NCBI GenBank assembly: GCA_038227875.1
Contig: JBBRPR010000024.1
Span: 32,001 to 96,000, forward strand
Direction of reading: 5' to 3'
Source of the DNA: Planctomycetota bacterium
Lineage (GTDB): Bacteria > Planctomycetota > SZUA-567 > H5-PLA8
DNA length: 64,000 bases
Shown here: piece after piece, positions 39,775 through 48,654 of the stretch
Layout of the letters: the number at the start of each line of letters is the position of its first letter
How positions within the stretch are numbered: position 1 is the first letter of the stretch
Made by a program: the position numbers and the translations under genes
The notes under the pieces: generated by a model
Told to the model about the DNA's origin: nothing
The model's database searches: none
The model's input: the letters and a program-made list of their open reading frames with translations, nothing else

Positions 39775-39978
39775 CAGCCCGTGATAAACCCTAGGCCGAC
39801 GCCGCGAAACGCCTTTACTGCCAGGCGTTTCACTGTGAAACTCGGTGGAATTGACCTTTTTCAACGGGCTGTCGCTGTTCGCGTCGTCACTTCCATTTTC
39901 TATCCGTCCTGTAAAATGTGAGGGGTCGGGCGGCCGAATGCGGTCGCCCGCGAAAACGCGCAACCGGGCTTTCGTGGT

Positions 39979-40998
39979 ATGACTGCACCGCAATCACAGT
40001 CCCTGCTGACGTCCGCCATCTACGGCACCGGTTCCTACGCGCCGCCGAAGGTGATGACCAATCACGACTTCAGCAAGATGATCGACACCAGTGACGAGTG
40101 GATCACGTCCCGCACCGGAATCAAAGAACGCCGCATCGCCGCGGCCGGCGAAGTCACCAGCGACATCTGCCTTCATTCGGCCCGCGCCGCGCTTGAAAAC
40201 GCCGGCGTCAAAGCCGAAGAACTCGACCTGATCATGGTCGCGACCGTCACCCCCGATTACCAGATGCCGTCCACGGCCTGTATCCTGCAGCAGAAGCTGG
40301 GCATCGCCGCGCTGAATGTTCCGGCGTTTGATCTTTCGGCAGCCTGCTCGGGATTTGTGTACGGAATGTCGATTGCCGACGCGTACATTCGCTGCGGCAC
40401 CTACAAGCGCATCCTGGTTGTCGGCGCGGAAGTGCTGTCGCGCATCATGGATTACAAAGACCGCACGTCCTGCATTTTGTTCGGCGACGGTGGCGGCGCG
40501 GTGGTCATGGGTCCGGCCCGCGAGAACGGACCGAGCCACGAATTGATGTCCACGCGGATGCTGGCTGACGGAAGCGGCGCGATGTCGCTGTTGATTCCCG
40601 GCGGCGGCAATCAGAATCCCGCGTCCCCGGCAACCGTCTCGGAAAATTCCCATGTCGTGCGGCTGGATGGCAAGGAAGTCTTTCGCTTCGGAATTACCGT
40701 CGCGGTGGAATTGATCAAAGACGCGATGACGCGGCACAATCTCAAGGCTGAAGACATCGGCTGTATCATTCCGCATCAGGCCAACATCCGGATCATCGAA
40801 TCGGCCGCCGAACGGCTGAATCTTCCGCTGAGCCTCTTCTTCACCAATCTCGACCGCTACGGCAACACCTCCGCCGGATCCGTCCCTCTCGCGCTCGACG
40901 AAGCCAACCGCTCCAACCGTATGCCCAAAGGCAAGCCGGTGATCATGGTGGCATTTGGCGCGGGGTTGACGTGGACCAGCGCGGTGGTTCAGTGGTAA
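39979..40998 (+). CDS. fabH: beta-ketoacyl-ACP synthase III
   Basis: DTSDEWITSRTGIKERR, AACSGF, LFGDG, PHQANIRII, GNTSAGS, FGAGLTW. Confidence 0.97.
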   Translation: MTAPQSQSLLTSAIYGTGSYAPPKVMTNHDFSKMIDTSDEWITSRTGIKERRIAAAGEVTSDICLHSARAALENAGVKAEELDLIMVATVTPDYQMPSTACILQQKLGIAALNVPAFDLSAACSGFVYGMSIADAYIRCGTYKRILVVGAEVLSRIMDYKDRTSCILFGDGGGAVVMGPARENGPSHELMSTRMLADGSGAMSLLIPGGGNQNPASPATVSENSHVVRLDGKEVFRFGITVAVELIKDAMTRHNLKAEDIGCIIPHQANIRIIESAAERLNLPLSLFFTNLDRYGNTSAGSVPLALDEANRSNRMPKGKPVIMVAFGAGLTWTSAVVQW

Positions 40999-41006
40999 AG
41001 AACGGA

Positions 41007-41129
41007 TCATTTTCCATTTTCCATTTGTGATTTTCCATTTTCCATCGGAACGACCAGCGCGTGTCCTTGCGCGATGTTTCCGCTTGCGAAATGGAAAATG
41101 GAATATGACCGATGGAAAATGGAAAATGA
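41007..41129. repeat. inverted (TTTCCAT)n/(ATGGAAA)n heptamer arrays within the fab operon
   Basis: CATTTTCCATTTTCCAT...TTGCGCGATGTTTCCGCTTGCG...ATGGAAAATGGAAAATG. Confidence 0.85.
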
Positions 41130-41150
41130 AAAACGAAAGAGGACTCTGCC

Positions 41151-42098
41151 ATGCCTGACACCCAACCTCTCGTTCTCGTCTTCCCCGGCCAGGGCGCGCA
41201 AGTCGTCGGGATGGGCAAGGATCTCGCGGCGGCGTTGCCTGAGGTCCGCGCGATGTTTGAGCAGGCGGATGCGCTGCTGGGAATTCCGCTCTCGAAGACG
41301 ATGTTCGACGGGCCTGACACGGCGCTGGTCGATACGGCGGTGCAGCAGCCGGCGCTGGTGCTGATCGGGCTGGCGATCAAGAAGGCGCTGGAAATTCGGC
41401 ACGGCATCACGCTGCCGGTTGTCGCGGCGGCGGGGTTGTCGCTGGGTGAATACGCGGCGCTCTCCGCGGTCGGCGCGCTGAAGTTTGAAGACGCGCTGAT
41501 GCTGGTCCGCAAGCGTGGCGAACTGATGCGCATGGCGTCAGAGAAAGTGCCCTGCGGCATGGCGGTGGTGATGAACCTCGCGCCGGAAAAAGTCCAGGCG
41601 GCGTGCGAGCAGGCGGCGAAAGAAACCGGCGGCATAGTCTCCGCGTCGAATTTCAACGGCGGCGGCCAGATCGTGATCGGCGGCGCGCTTGATCCGCTCG
41701 CGAAAGCCAGTGAGCTCTGCAAAGCGGCGGGCGCAAAGCGCGTCTTGAAACTCGCGGTGGCCGGCGCGTTTCACACGGCGCTGATGCAGCCGGCGTCGGA
41801 TGGCTTCAACCCGGTGCTCGACGCGGCGGCCATTCAGCCCGCGGGAGCGCCGGTCTACGCGAATGTCTCGGCCTCGCCGGTGCGAACGCCCGATGAAATC
41901 CGCGACGCGCTGAAGCGCCAGATCACCAGCCCGGTGCGCTGGGAGCAGACGATCCAGAATATCGTCGCGGCCGGCCACACGAAGTTTTTGGAGCTCGGAC
42001 CGGGCAGCACCGTCAGCAACATGATCAAGCGCATCGCACCGAACGCGGAATGCGCCGCGGTGTCGACGTGGGAACAGGTCGAGCAGTTTAAGTTGTAA
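41151..42098 (+). CDS. fabD: malonyl-CoA:ACP transacylase
   Basis: VFPGQGAQ, AGLSLGEY, VAGAFHT.LM, SPVRWEQT, ELGPG. Confidence 0.97.
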   Translation: MPDTQPLVLVFPGQGAQVVGMGKDLAAALPEVRAMFEQADALLGIPLSKTMFDGPDTALVDTAVQQPALVLIGLAIKKALEIRHGITLPVVAAAGLSLGEYAALSAVGALKFEDALMLVRKRGELMRMASEKVPCGMAVVMNLAPEKVQAACEQAAKETGGIVSASNFNGGGQIVIGGALDPLAKASELCKAAGAKRVLKLAVAGAFHTALMQPASDGFNPVLDAAAIQPAGAPVYANVSASPVRTPDEIRDALKRQITSPVRWEQTIQNIVAAGHTKFLELGPGSTVSNMIKRIAPNAECAAVSTWEQVEQFKL

Positions 42099-42115
42099 GA
42101 GGCTGTTGCGATAAA

Positions 42116-42636
42116 CTAGCGCGTGAGGAAACCCCAGCCGCCTTTCTTCAACTTGAAGGCGCTGATCGCGCTGTCCAAGTCGTCCTTGATCTCGATCATC
42201 TTATCCAACTGCGTGATTTTAAAGACGTCGCGCACGGCCGGGCAGACTTTGCAGAGCTTCAGGTCGCCCTTTTCTTCCTTGATCGCCTTGTAGAGCGCAA
42301 TGAACTGCCGCAGCACGGCCGACGACAAATATTGGACGTTGCCCATGTCGATGACCATCTGATCATGTACTGCTTCTTCACCAGGTCCATCAGCTGGCGG
42401 CCGAGCTCGTTGATGTTGGTTTCGTCGAGGATCCGGCTTTCCAGCAAGGTCACGACCGCGACATTGTCCGGCCCGACGATGGCCGAAAGCTTCGGCGGCG
42501 CTTTGCCGGGAATGAATTTCGAAGCCGGCTTCAACAGTGGCGGATGCAACGCGGGTTGTGCCGGCTGAGCCGGTTGACCGGGCTGAGGATTGGATCCCGG
42601 CGCTGGCGACGACGGTGGCACTGGATTGGTCGACAT
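42116..42636 (-). pseudogene. STAS-domain anti-sigma factor antagonist, split by a 1-nt deletion near 42360
   Basis: SRILDETNINELGRQL..KQYMI (ORF 42259-42636) continues as MVIDMGNVQYLSSAVL..GDLKLC..VFKITQLDK (ORF 42116-42358); restored by ATC A[A]G ATG. Confidence 0.85.
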
Positions 42637-42754
42637 AATTCTCCCTCGCGTGCGTGCTATTCTGGACTAACCGTTATACTAATTGACAACAACCTTGCAT
42701 CTCCACTTTAATCCAACATAATCCACAACGTTTCCAGTTTATAAGGGAGTGTGC

Positions 42755-44368
42755 GTGCGAACCCCTTCTTCCTGCAGCGAATCTAAATCATGGGTTACAC
42801 CGGTGCTGGTCTCAGCGCTGCTGTTTTCCATGGCTGGATGCAGCAGCGAAGACGACCGCCGCTACGAGCCGCCGCCGACCGTACCGCCTGTCACCCACAC
42901 GCCGATCACCGCGCCGGGCGTTGCCGGAGCGGCGTCGGCCTCCGCGGCGCAACTGGTTCCGCCGCTGCGCCGCACCGCGCAAACATCCGTCGGGGAGAAC
43001 GAGGGCTTCGGCGGACTTGAACTCGACGCGAAGCAGGACGTGATCGGTTTTCAGGCCACGAAGACGCCGGCCGGCACCGTCGTTCACGCCCACGGGCTGG
43101 TCGCTTCCGATGAACAATTGAAACCGGCGCTGGCGAAGCTGGCGGATCTCGGCTTCAAGGCCGATGGCGCGGCCGGTTCGCCGATTTGGACGATGACGAT
43201 TACAGCTGACGGCCGGCCTGCGTTCGACGTGCGGCTGGGCACCGAACTGCAGGCGAACGCCGGCCGCATCGACGCGACCGCCAACCGACTGCGCCGCAAC
43301 CAGCCGGGACGGCTGCTGAAGAACGATGACGCCACGGGTGGATTTCTGCCGCGCCGGCTCGTCTACACCGGCCAGTCCCTGGACATCGCCTTCGCTGACA
43401 CCACCGGCGATCCGCATTGGTTCATCGCCGTCAAGGGCGGCTATCTACGCGGCGGGCGTTTGTTCGTGGGAGAAGACGGCGCGTTGCGCATCGAAAAGTA
43501 CGAACTTGCGGCGCAACTTCCGGCGATTCCGAAGAACACCGAGCAGCTCAAAGTGAGCGCCGACGGCCGCGTGATCGCGCTGCGCACCGATGGCATCGCC
43601 GAAGCGCTGGGCCGGCTGCCGCTGATCAATATTCAGAACGAAAAGCTGACGCTTAACGAAGACGGCTTGGCGGTGCTCGACGGCGAACGCGCGCTCTCCT
43701 CCGATCTGGCGGCCAGCGAAGCGCCGGTGCGTGCCGGGCATCTCGAGTACCCCGCGCCCGATCGCAGCCTGGAACTAAAGAAACTCGGCGCGGAGCTCAG
43801 CGTCCGCCGCGCGCTCGAAGCGCTCTCGGTGACGCTGGCGAACCCGGCTGCCTCCGCCAAAGCCGGCGATGAACCGGTCGTGATCTACGCCGACCTGCCG
43901 TGGTCGGAACGCCATCTCAAAGCGCTGGGCATCCCCGTCGAACACAGCACGGGCCACACCACGCTGATGATGGACGGCGACCCGCGCAAACTCGCCGCCG
44001 CTCTGGCCAAGGTGCTGCAGGTCCTGCGCGTGCGCATGTCCCTCCACGATCAGAACCTGCGCAACGCCGATCGTCTCCGCGACGCCGACAACCGTCTCAA
44101 TCCCTACCGGCGCAAGACGCTGACCATCGACGCGCAGGGCGAAGCCGTCGAAGGCGACGACCCCGCGCCGTTTCCGAAAACGTTCAAGCCCGGCGATCCC
44201 AACGCCGACGGCGAAGGATTCATCAGCCTGCCCAACGTCAACCGCGCCGTCGAGACCGCCGAATTCCAGGCCGCGCGCGAAGAATATAAACTCGTCCGCG
44301 CCGCCGCCGAACGCCTTGAGCCCCACAGCATTTTCCCGGACCCGCCAGCGATACCGCAGAAGGAATAG
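42755..44368 (+). CDS. putative lipoprotein with tandem FlgG/F-like and FlgC-like flagellar rod modules
   Basis: LLFSMAG-C lipobox; YTGQSLDIAF..YLRGG..IP....LKVSADGRV..GHLE; NPYRRK..PGDPNADGEGFISLPNVN; GGGAG RBS. Confidence 0.75.
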   Translation: MRTPSSCSESKSWVTPVLVSALLFSMAGCSSEDDRRYEPPPTVPPVTHTPITAPGVAGAASASAAQLVPPLRRTAQTSVGENEGFGGLELDAKQDVIGFQATKTPAGTVVHAHGLVASDEQLKPALAKLADLGFKADGAAGSPIWTMTITADGRPAFDVRLGTELQANAGRIDATANRLRRNQPGRLLKNDDATGGFLPRRLVYTGQSLDIAFADTTGDPHWFIAVKGGYLRGGRLFVGEDGALRIEKYELAAQLPAIPKNTEQLKVSADGRVIALRTDGIAEALGRLPLINIQNEKLTLNEDGLAVLDGERALSSDLAASEAPVRAGHLEYPAPDRSLELKKLGAELSVRRALEALSVTLANPAASAKAGDEPVVIYADLPWSERHLKALGIPVEHSTGHTTLMMDGDPRKLAAALAKVLQVLRVRMSLHDQNLRNADRLRDADNRLNPYRRKTLTIDAQGEAVEGDDPAPFPKTFKPGDPNADGEGFISLPNVNRAVETAEFQAAREEYKLVRAAAERLEPHSIFPDPPAIPQKE

Positions 44369-44632
44369 CGGCCTTGCGGCCGAGGGGTCAGGGGTCAGAG
44401 GTGGGCGGGAGCAGGCGACATTCAGGCAGTTGCAGCGCGGTCGTGAAAAGTAGGCAGACGGCACCAGGCACCAGTCAGAAAGCAGAACGACCCTTAACTC
44501 ACACAGTACTCAACCGGGCGGAACGCATATTCATCAGGAGGACATCCCCACGTCTGACCCCTGGCCCCTGACCCCTGACCCCTCGGCCGTCAGGCCGCGC
44601 CACCTGCCCCCTGGCCTCTGGGCCGCAAGGCC
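44369..44632. repeat. inverted (AGGGGTC)n/(GACCCCT)n element
   Basis: GGCCTTGCGGCCGAGGGGTCAGGGGTCAGA ... TCTGACCCCTGGCCCCTGACCCCTGACCCCTCGGCCG ... GGCCGCAAGGCC. Confidence 0.8.
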
Positions 44633-46051
44633 ATGAGTCTACGCACGCAGATCTTCGTCTACGTCGTCGCGGTCATGGCCATTGTCTTCACGCTGGTCAC
44701 CGCGACGCTGTTGCCGGATCGCGTGCTGGCGCAGAAATTCAACATGGCGTTGGGGCGTGAGGCGGCTGTTTCGCTGCAATCGACGCTGGAGCAACTCAGC
44801 GCCGAACAGCGCGATGCGATGATCCGCCTGCATCCGCAACTGTTCCTCAAGGAAAACATTCTTGAAGGCTGGGTGCTGGCGAAAGAGACCGGGGAAGTGC
44901 GCGTCTGGTTTTTCCCGCAGGAAATCCGCGACCGCATCAGCGACGATTTTCTAAAAAATGCGAATGTCGACTACATCGGCCACTTCACCGCCAAGGATGG
45001 TGAAGCGCTGGTGCTCTACGCGCGGATCAACAGCCATCTGCTCGGGCCGTCGGTGGATCTCTGGCGCATTTTTCTGGTCATGACAGTGGGGACGATCCTG
45101 ATGCTGGTCGTGCTCTACTCGCTGCTGCTGCGGTTGATCGTCAAGCCCGTCGAACGGCTGGCGGCGGTCAGCAACTCACCGGCGGTCGCGCGCGGCTTGA
45201 TCCTGCAGGTGCCGCACACCGATCGCCGCGATGAAATCGGCGCGCTGGTCCGCGCGTACAACAAGATGGCGGGCGAAGTCAACGACCTGCGCCTGAACCT
45301 GGAGAAGCGCGTCACCGAAGCGACCAACAAGCTCGAAGCCGCGCAGCAGCAGATCGTCGTCAGCGAACGGCTCTCAGCCGCCGGGCGCATTGCGGCGGGC
45401 GTCGCGCACGAAGTCAACAACCCACTCGGCGGCATGATCAACGCGGCGCGCGCGCTCCGTGCCCGCGCCGCGCCGGGGCGGGACAGCGAGTACCTCGACC
45501 TGATCGTCGAAGGCCTCTCGCGCGTGCAGGCGATCGTGGCCTCGATGCTCCAGTTCTCGCGGCCGGTGCAGCAGTCCGGATCGGTGGACATCCGCGAAGT
45601 GCTCGACGGCGCATTGATGTTCTGCCGCTACCGAGTGACCGACATGAGCGTGACCGTGGTCAAAAATTACGATGCGCCGGGCACGCCAAGCTTCACTGTC
45701 GTCGCCAACCGCACCGAACTCGGCCAGGTCTTCCTGAACCTGATGGTCAACGCGCTCGATGCGATGGACGCCAAGGGAAAAGGCGCGGACGCGCACACGC
45801 TGACCTTGAACCTCAGCCGCGCGGACAAATCGATCGTCGTGAGCGTCTCCGACACCGGCATCGGTATGAAGCCTGAAGTAAAAGAGCGCGCGGGCGAATT
45901 CTTCTACACGACGAAGGGAGAAGGGAAGGGGACGGGGCTGGGGCTGGCGGTGGTGCAGCATATTGTGCTGCGACACAGCGGCACGCTGTCGATTGAGTCG
46001 ACGGAAGGCCAGGGGACGAAGGTGGTGGTGACGCTGCCGGCGGAGTTGTAA
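44633..46051 (+). CDS. HAMP-domain sensor histidine kinase (NtrB-like), no adjacent response regulator
   Basis: Two TMs, DEIGAL..AYNKM, AGVAHEVNNPL, QVFLNL..NA.DA, DTGIGM, FYTTK..GKGTGLGL. Confidence 0.95.
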   Translation: MSLRTQIFVYVVAVMAIVFTLVTATLLPDRVLAQKFNMALGREAAVSLQSTLEQLSAEQRDAMIRLHPQLFLKENILEGWVLAKETGEVRVWFFPQEIRDRISDDFLKNANVDYIGHFTAKDGEALVLYARINSHLLGPSVDLWRIFLVMTVGTILMLVVLYSLLLRLIVKPVERLAAVSNSPAVARGLILQVPHTDRRDEIGALVRAYNKMAGEVNDLRLNLEKRVTEATNKLEAAQQQIVVSERLSAAGRIAAGVAHEVNNPLGGMINAARALRARAAPGRDSEYLDLIVEGLSRVQAIVASMLQFSRPVQQSGSVDIREVLDGALMFCRYRVTDMSVTVVKNYDAPGTPSFTVVANRTELGQVFLNLMVNALDAMDAKGKGADAHTLTLNLSRADKSIVVSVSDTGIGMKPEVKERAGEFFYTTKGEGKGTGLGLAVVQHIVLRHSGTLSIESTEGQGTKVVVTLPAEL

Positions 46052-46098
46052 CGGGTAGTTTTGAATTGCGCTTTAATCCTTCTCGACAAGGTCCACCT

Positions 46099-46527
46099 AT
46101 GTCAACAAACGCATGGGTTTGCTATGAGTGCTCGGTTGGTGGTAAGCCAGCGTCGGTCCTGATCGATACATCCCTAAGATATAAAAACCCTGTTAGAGAA
46201 CTTCCCTGGCTATTGTGGCTTGGCATTTGGTGTAATCTGCCGTCGCCAAATTCATGGTGGCATCCGGATGAAAGTACGCGGTTGGACGGTATCGAGGACG
46301 ATCTAATCGCAAGCGTTAAGACTCTTAAGCCGGGTTTGGCGGTATATGTTTTGCGCATTTGTACGCCGGGTATGAGAGAACTTTACACCTACGTTGATTC
46401 TGCAAAAGGCCAGCAGGAAATTCTCGCAGCACTGAAACGTAAGTATGCTAACTATCGGATCGAAATTGATAGTACGGAAGACCCTGCCTGGAAGATATAC
46501 GACACCTATCTCCCGCCGAAGTACTAG
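46099..46527 (+). CDS. DUF695 family protein
   Basis: W..Y...GGKPASVLID, P.E...LD.IEDDL, G.RELY.YV, EDPAW..Y..YL; AT-rich. Confidence 0.7.
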   Translation: MSTNAWVCYECSVGGKPASVLIDTSLRYKNPVRELPWLLWLGIWCNLPSPNSWWHPDESTRLDGIEDDLIASVKTLKPGLAVYVLRICTPGMRELYTYVDSAKGQQEILAALKRKYANYRIEIDSTEDPAWKIYDTYLPPKY

Positions 46528-46611
46528 TAATCGACGAAAATTTATAGTTGGATACGTTCGCTCTATCACGCCACAAGGTTTGTGCTTGAAATATTACAGC
46601 TAAAGAAATGC

Positions 46612-47391
46612 TCAGGTTCCGGTCAAAAGCCGCTCGGCAAACCGTTTCTCCAACTGCGGAATAGCGAGGATCTTGTTCTTCGTCGTTTCCACGTCGTAGG
46701 GGACGCGGCGGTAGCGGATCTTTTCGCCGTCGAAGAGGACGTAACAGGAATCCTTGATGCGGTCGCGGGGCTGGCCGACGGCGCCGATGTTGATCAGCGT
46801 CTTTTTGTCCTTGGGGAGAACGTAGCTCATGTTCTCCAGCTCGGCGGGCTTGATCCATTTGAAATCGTGCGTGGCGACGCCTGGGCGGTGGGAATGCCCG
46901 ACGAAGCAGAGCCAGTCGAAGCGCTCAAAGATTTCCACGGCCTTCTGGGAGGGGCCAAAACCGATGTCCTGGAAGTCTTCCTCCAGCACGTATTCCATGA
47001 TCGGATCGCGCGGCGAGGCGTGAACGTACATCACACCGTCTTCGGTGCGCTGAGCGGGGAGGTTCTCCAGCCAGCACCAGCGGGCGACGGTGCCGGGCCA
47101 ACTCCAGAACTTCGGCCGCATCAGGTTGCGTTGCCAGGCGACGGCAGCAGCGGCGGATTCGCGGAATCCGACGGCGTGAGTCATGAAGATCGCCGCGTCG
47201 TGGTTGCCGCAGAGACTCCAGCGGCAGACGCGGCGGATGATTTTGACACAGGGGACCGGGTCCGGGCCATAACCCACGACGTCGCCGAGGCACACAATTT
47301 CGTCCGCGCCCTGGCTCTTGATGTCCGCCAGGACGGCACGGAGCGCCTCAAGGTTGCCGTGGATATCGCTGATGATGGCCCGTAAAGCCAT
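46612..47391 (-). CDS. calcineurin-like metallophosphoesterase (YfcE/PrpE-like)
   Basis: ISDIHGNLEAL, LGDVVGYGP, GNHD, VHASP, VGHSH, NIGAVGQPRD. Confidence 0.93.
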   Translation of the reverse strand: MALRAIISDIHGNLEALRAVLADIKSQGADEIVCLGDVVGYGPDPVPCVKIIRRVCRWSLCGNHDAAIFMTHAVGFRESAAAAVAWQRNLMRPKFWSWPGTVARWCWLENLPAQRTEDGVMYVHASPRDPIMEYVLEEDFQDIGFGPSQKAVEIFERFDWLCFVGHSHRPGVATHDFKWIKPAELENMSYVLPKDKKTLINIGAVGQPRDRIKDSCYVLFDGEKIRYRRVPYDVETTKNKILAIPQLEKRFAERLLTGT

Positions 47392-47406
47392 TGTCTGGGT
47401 TCCGCG

Positions 47407-47550
47407 TTATTGAGCGGCTTTGACGAAGCGGACCTTCCGGCGGCCGCCTTCGCGTACGATGACCTTCTTGAAACCCTGTTCCACCTTCCGCTTCGCGCGC
47501 TTCTTGCGCTTGATGCGGATTTCCATGCGGCGTTTTCTCTTATCGGCCAA
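47407..47550 (-). CDS. 47-aa very basic small protein
   Basis: TAAGGAG RBS then a TTG start: MADKRKRRMEIRIKRKKRAKRKVEQGFKKVIVREGGRRKVRFVKAAQ; host-like codons. Confidence 0.75.
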   Translation of the reverse strand: MADKRKRRMEIRIKRKKRAKRKVEQGFKKVIVREGGRRKVRFVKAAQ

Positions 47551-47614
47551 GTTCCACTCCTTATTTAACTGTGAGCTGAAAAACTCTTTCAGCTTTTTGC
47601 TTTTCGAACGCGTT

Positions 47615-47980
47615 TCAACCGCCCAGAGCGTGGGTGATGGCCTTGACGGCCGCTTCCCGCGCGACGCGCAGACGCGCATCCACTTCCCGCCGGACGATCG
47701 CTTCAATCTCGCTCAAGCCCGCCGCGGCAACAGTGCGCGGTCCGGTCTTGCCCTTCTTCTTACCCTTGCTCTTACCTTTGCTCGCACCCGCGGCCTTTTT
47801 CGTTTTGTTGCTCGAACCCTTCGGCCGTCCGCGCTTGCCCTTCTTTTTCTTCGGTTCACCTGCATGAAACTCGCCGGCTTCGTCGAGATAACCGTTTTCG
47901 AATTCCGGATGAGGCCGTCCGCGCTTGCGCGCTTCCACGTCACCGGACTTCACATTACGGCGGACCAGTTTCAAGGCCAC
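47615..47980 (-). CDS. Lys-rich AT-hook protein (putative nucleoid-associated protein)
   Basis: AGGAGG RBS before a GTG start; RKRGRP and KRGRPKGS motifs; K/G-rich tract; C-terminal amphipathic helix. Confidence 0.8.
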   Translation of the reverse strand: MALKLVRRNVKSGDVEARKRGRPHPEFENGYLDEAGEFHAGEPKKKKGKRGRPKGSSNKTKKAAGASKGKSKGKKKGKTGPRTVAAAGLSEIEAIVRREVDARLRVAREAAVKAITHALGG

Positions 47981-48336
47981 GGTTCCCCTCCTGTGTTTCC
48001 CGTTGAAGCCATCCCGAAACGGCAGAAAACATCATTCTGCTGCCGCTCCAAATTAGATCAACAGGACAAGGGGTTAGATTATTTCCGAGAGGTGACGATT
48101 ATTCAACCTTCTTTTCATCTAACAGCCCGTAGAAAAACACAATTCCGCGGCGCTTCTCCGTAAAACGCCGGGCAGTTACGGCGTTTTGCGGCGTCGGAAA
48201 AGGGTATATCAACGGGCTGCGAAGCCGGAGTTCATCAATTCCAGTTGCACCCGCCGGAGGTGTCTGATAAGACTTGGCCCTTTCCCTGTGGTCCAAATTG
48301 AGACCGCATCTGTAGTGAGACGAAAGGATTTGAGTC

Positions 48337-48630
48337 ATGCCGGGTCGTTGCGAATACTGTGATAAGTCGCCGCAAACAGGTTTCAAGTATGTGACCAGCG
48401 GTGTTCCCAAGTACAAGGGTGGAATCGGCGTCAAGATCCGCGGCAAGACGCGCCGCTGGTTCAAACCCAACCTGCAGCACATGAAGGTCGTGGAAAAGAA
48501 CGGCCACGTCCACCGCGTGTGGGTCTGCAGCAAGTGCCTGAAGAACGGTGCGGTCACCAAGGCGCCCAACCAGAAGCAGATGGCTGCGTTGCGTGCTGAA
48601 AAGAAGGTCGCCGCCGCCGCTGCCAAATAA
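48337..48630 (+). CDS. rpmB: 50S ribosomal protein bL28 (Zn-binding)
   Basis: RCEYCDK, GGIG insertion, TRRWFKPNLQ, VCSKCLK. Confidence 0.95.
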   Translation: MPGRCEYCDKSPQTGFKYVTSGVPKYKGGIGVKIRGKTRRWFKPNLQHMKVVEKNGHVHRVWVCSKCLKNGAVTKAPNQKQMAALRAEKKVAAAAAK

Positions 48631-48654
48631 ACGCGGTGCGTCTGAAATGGCCTC

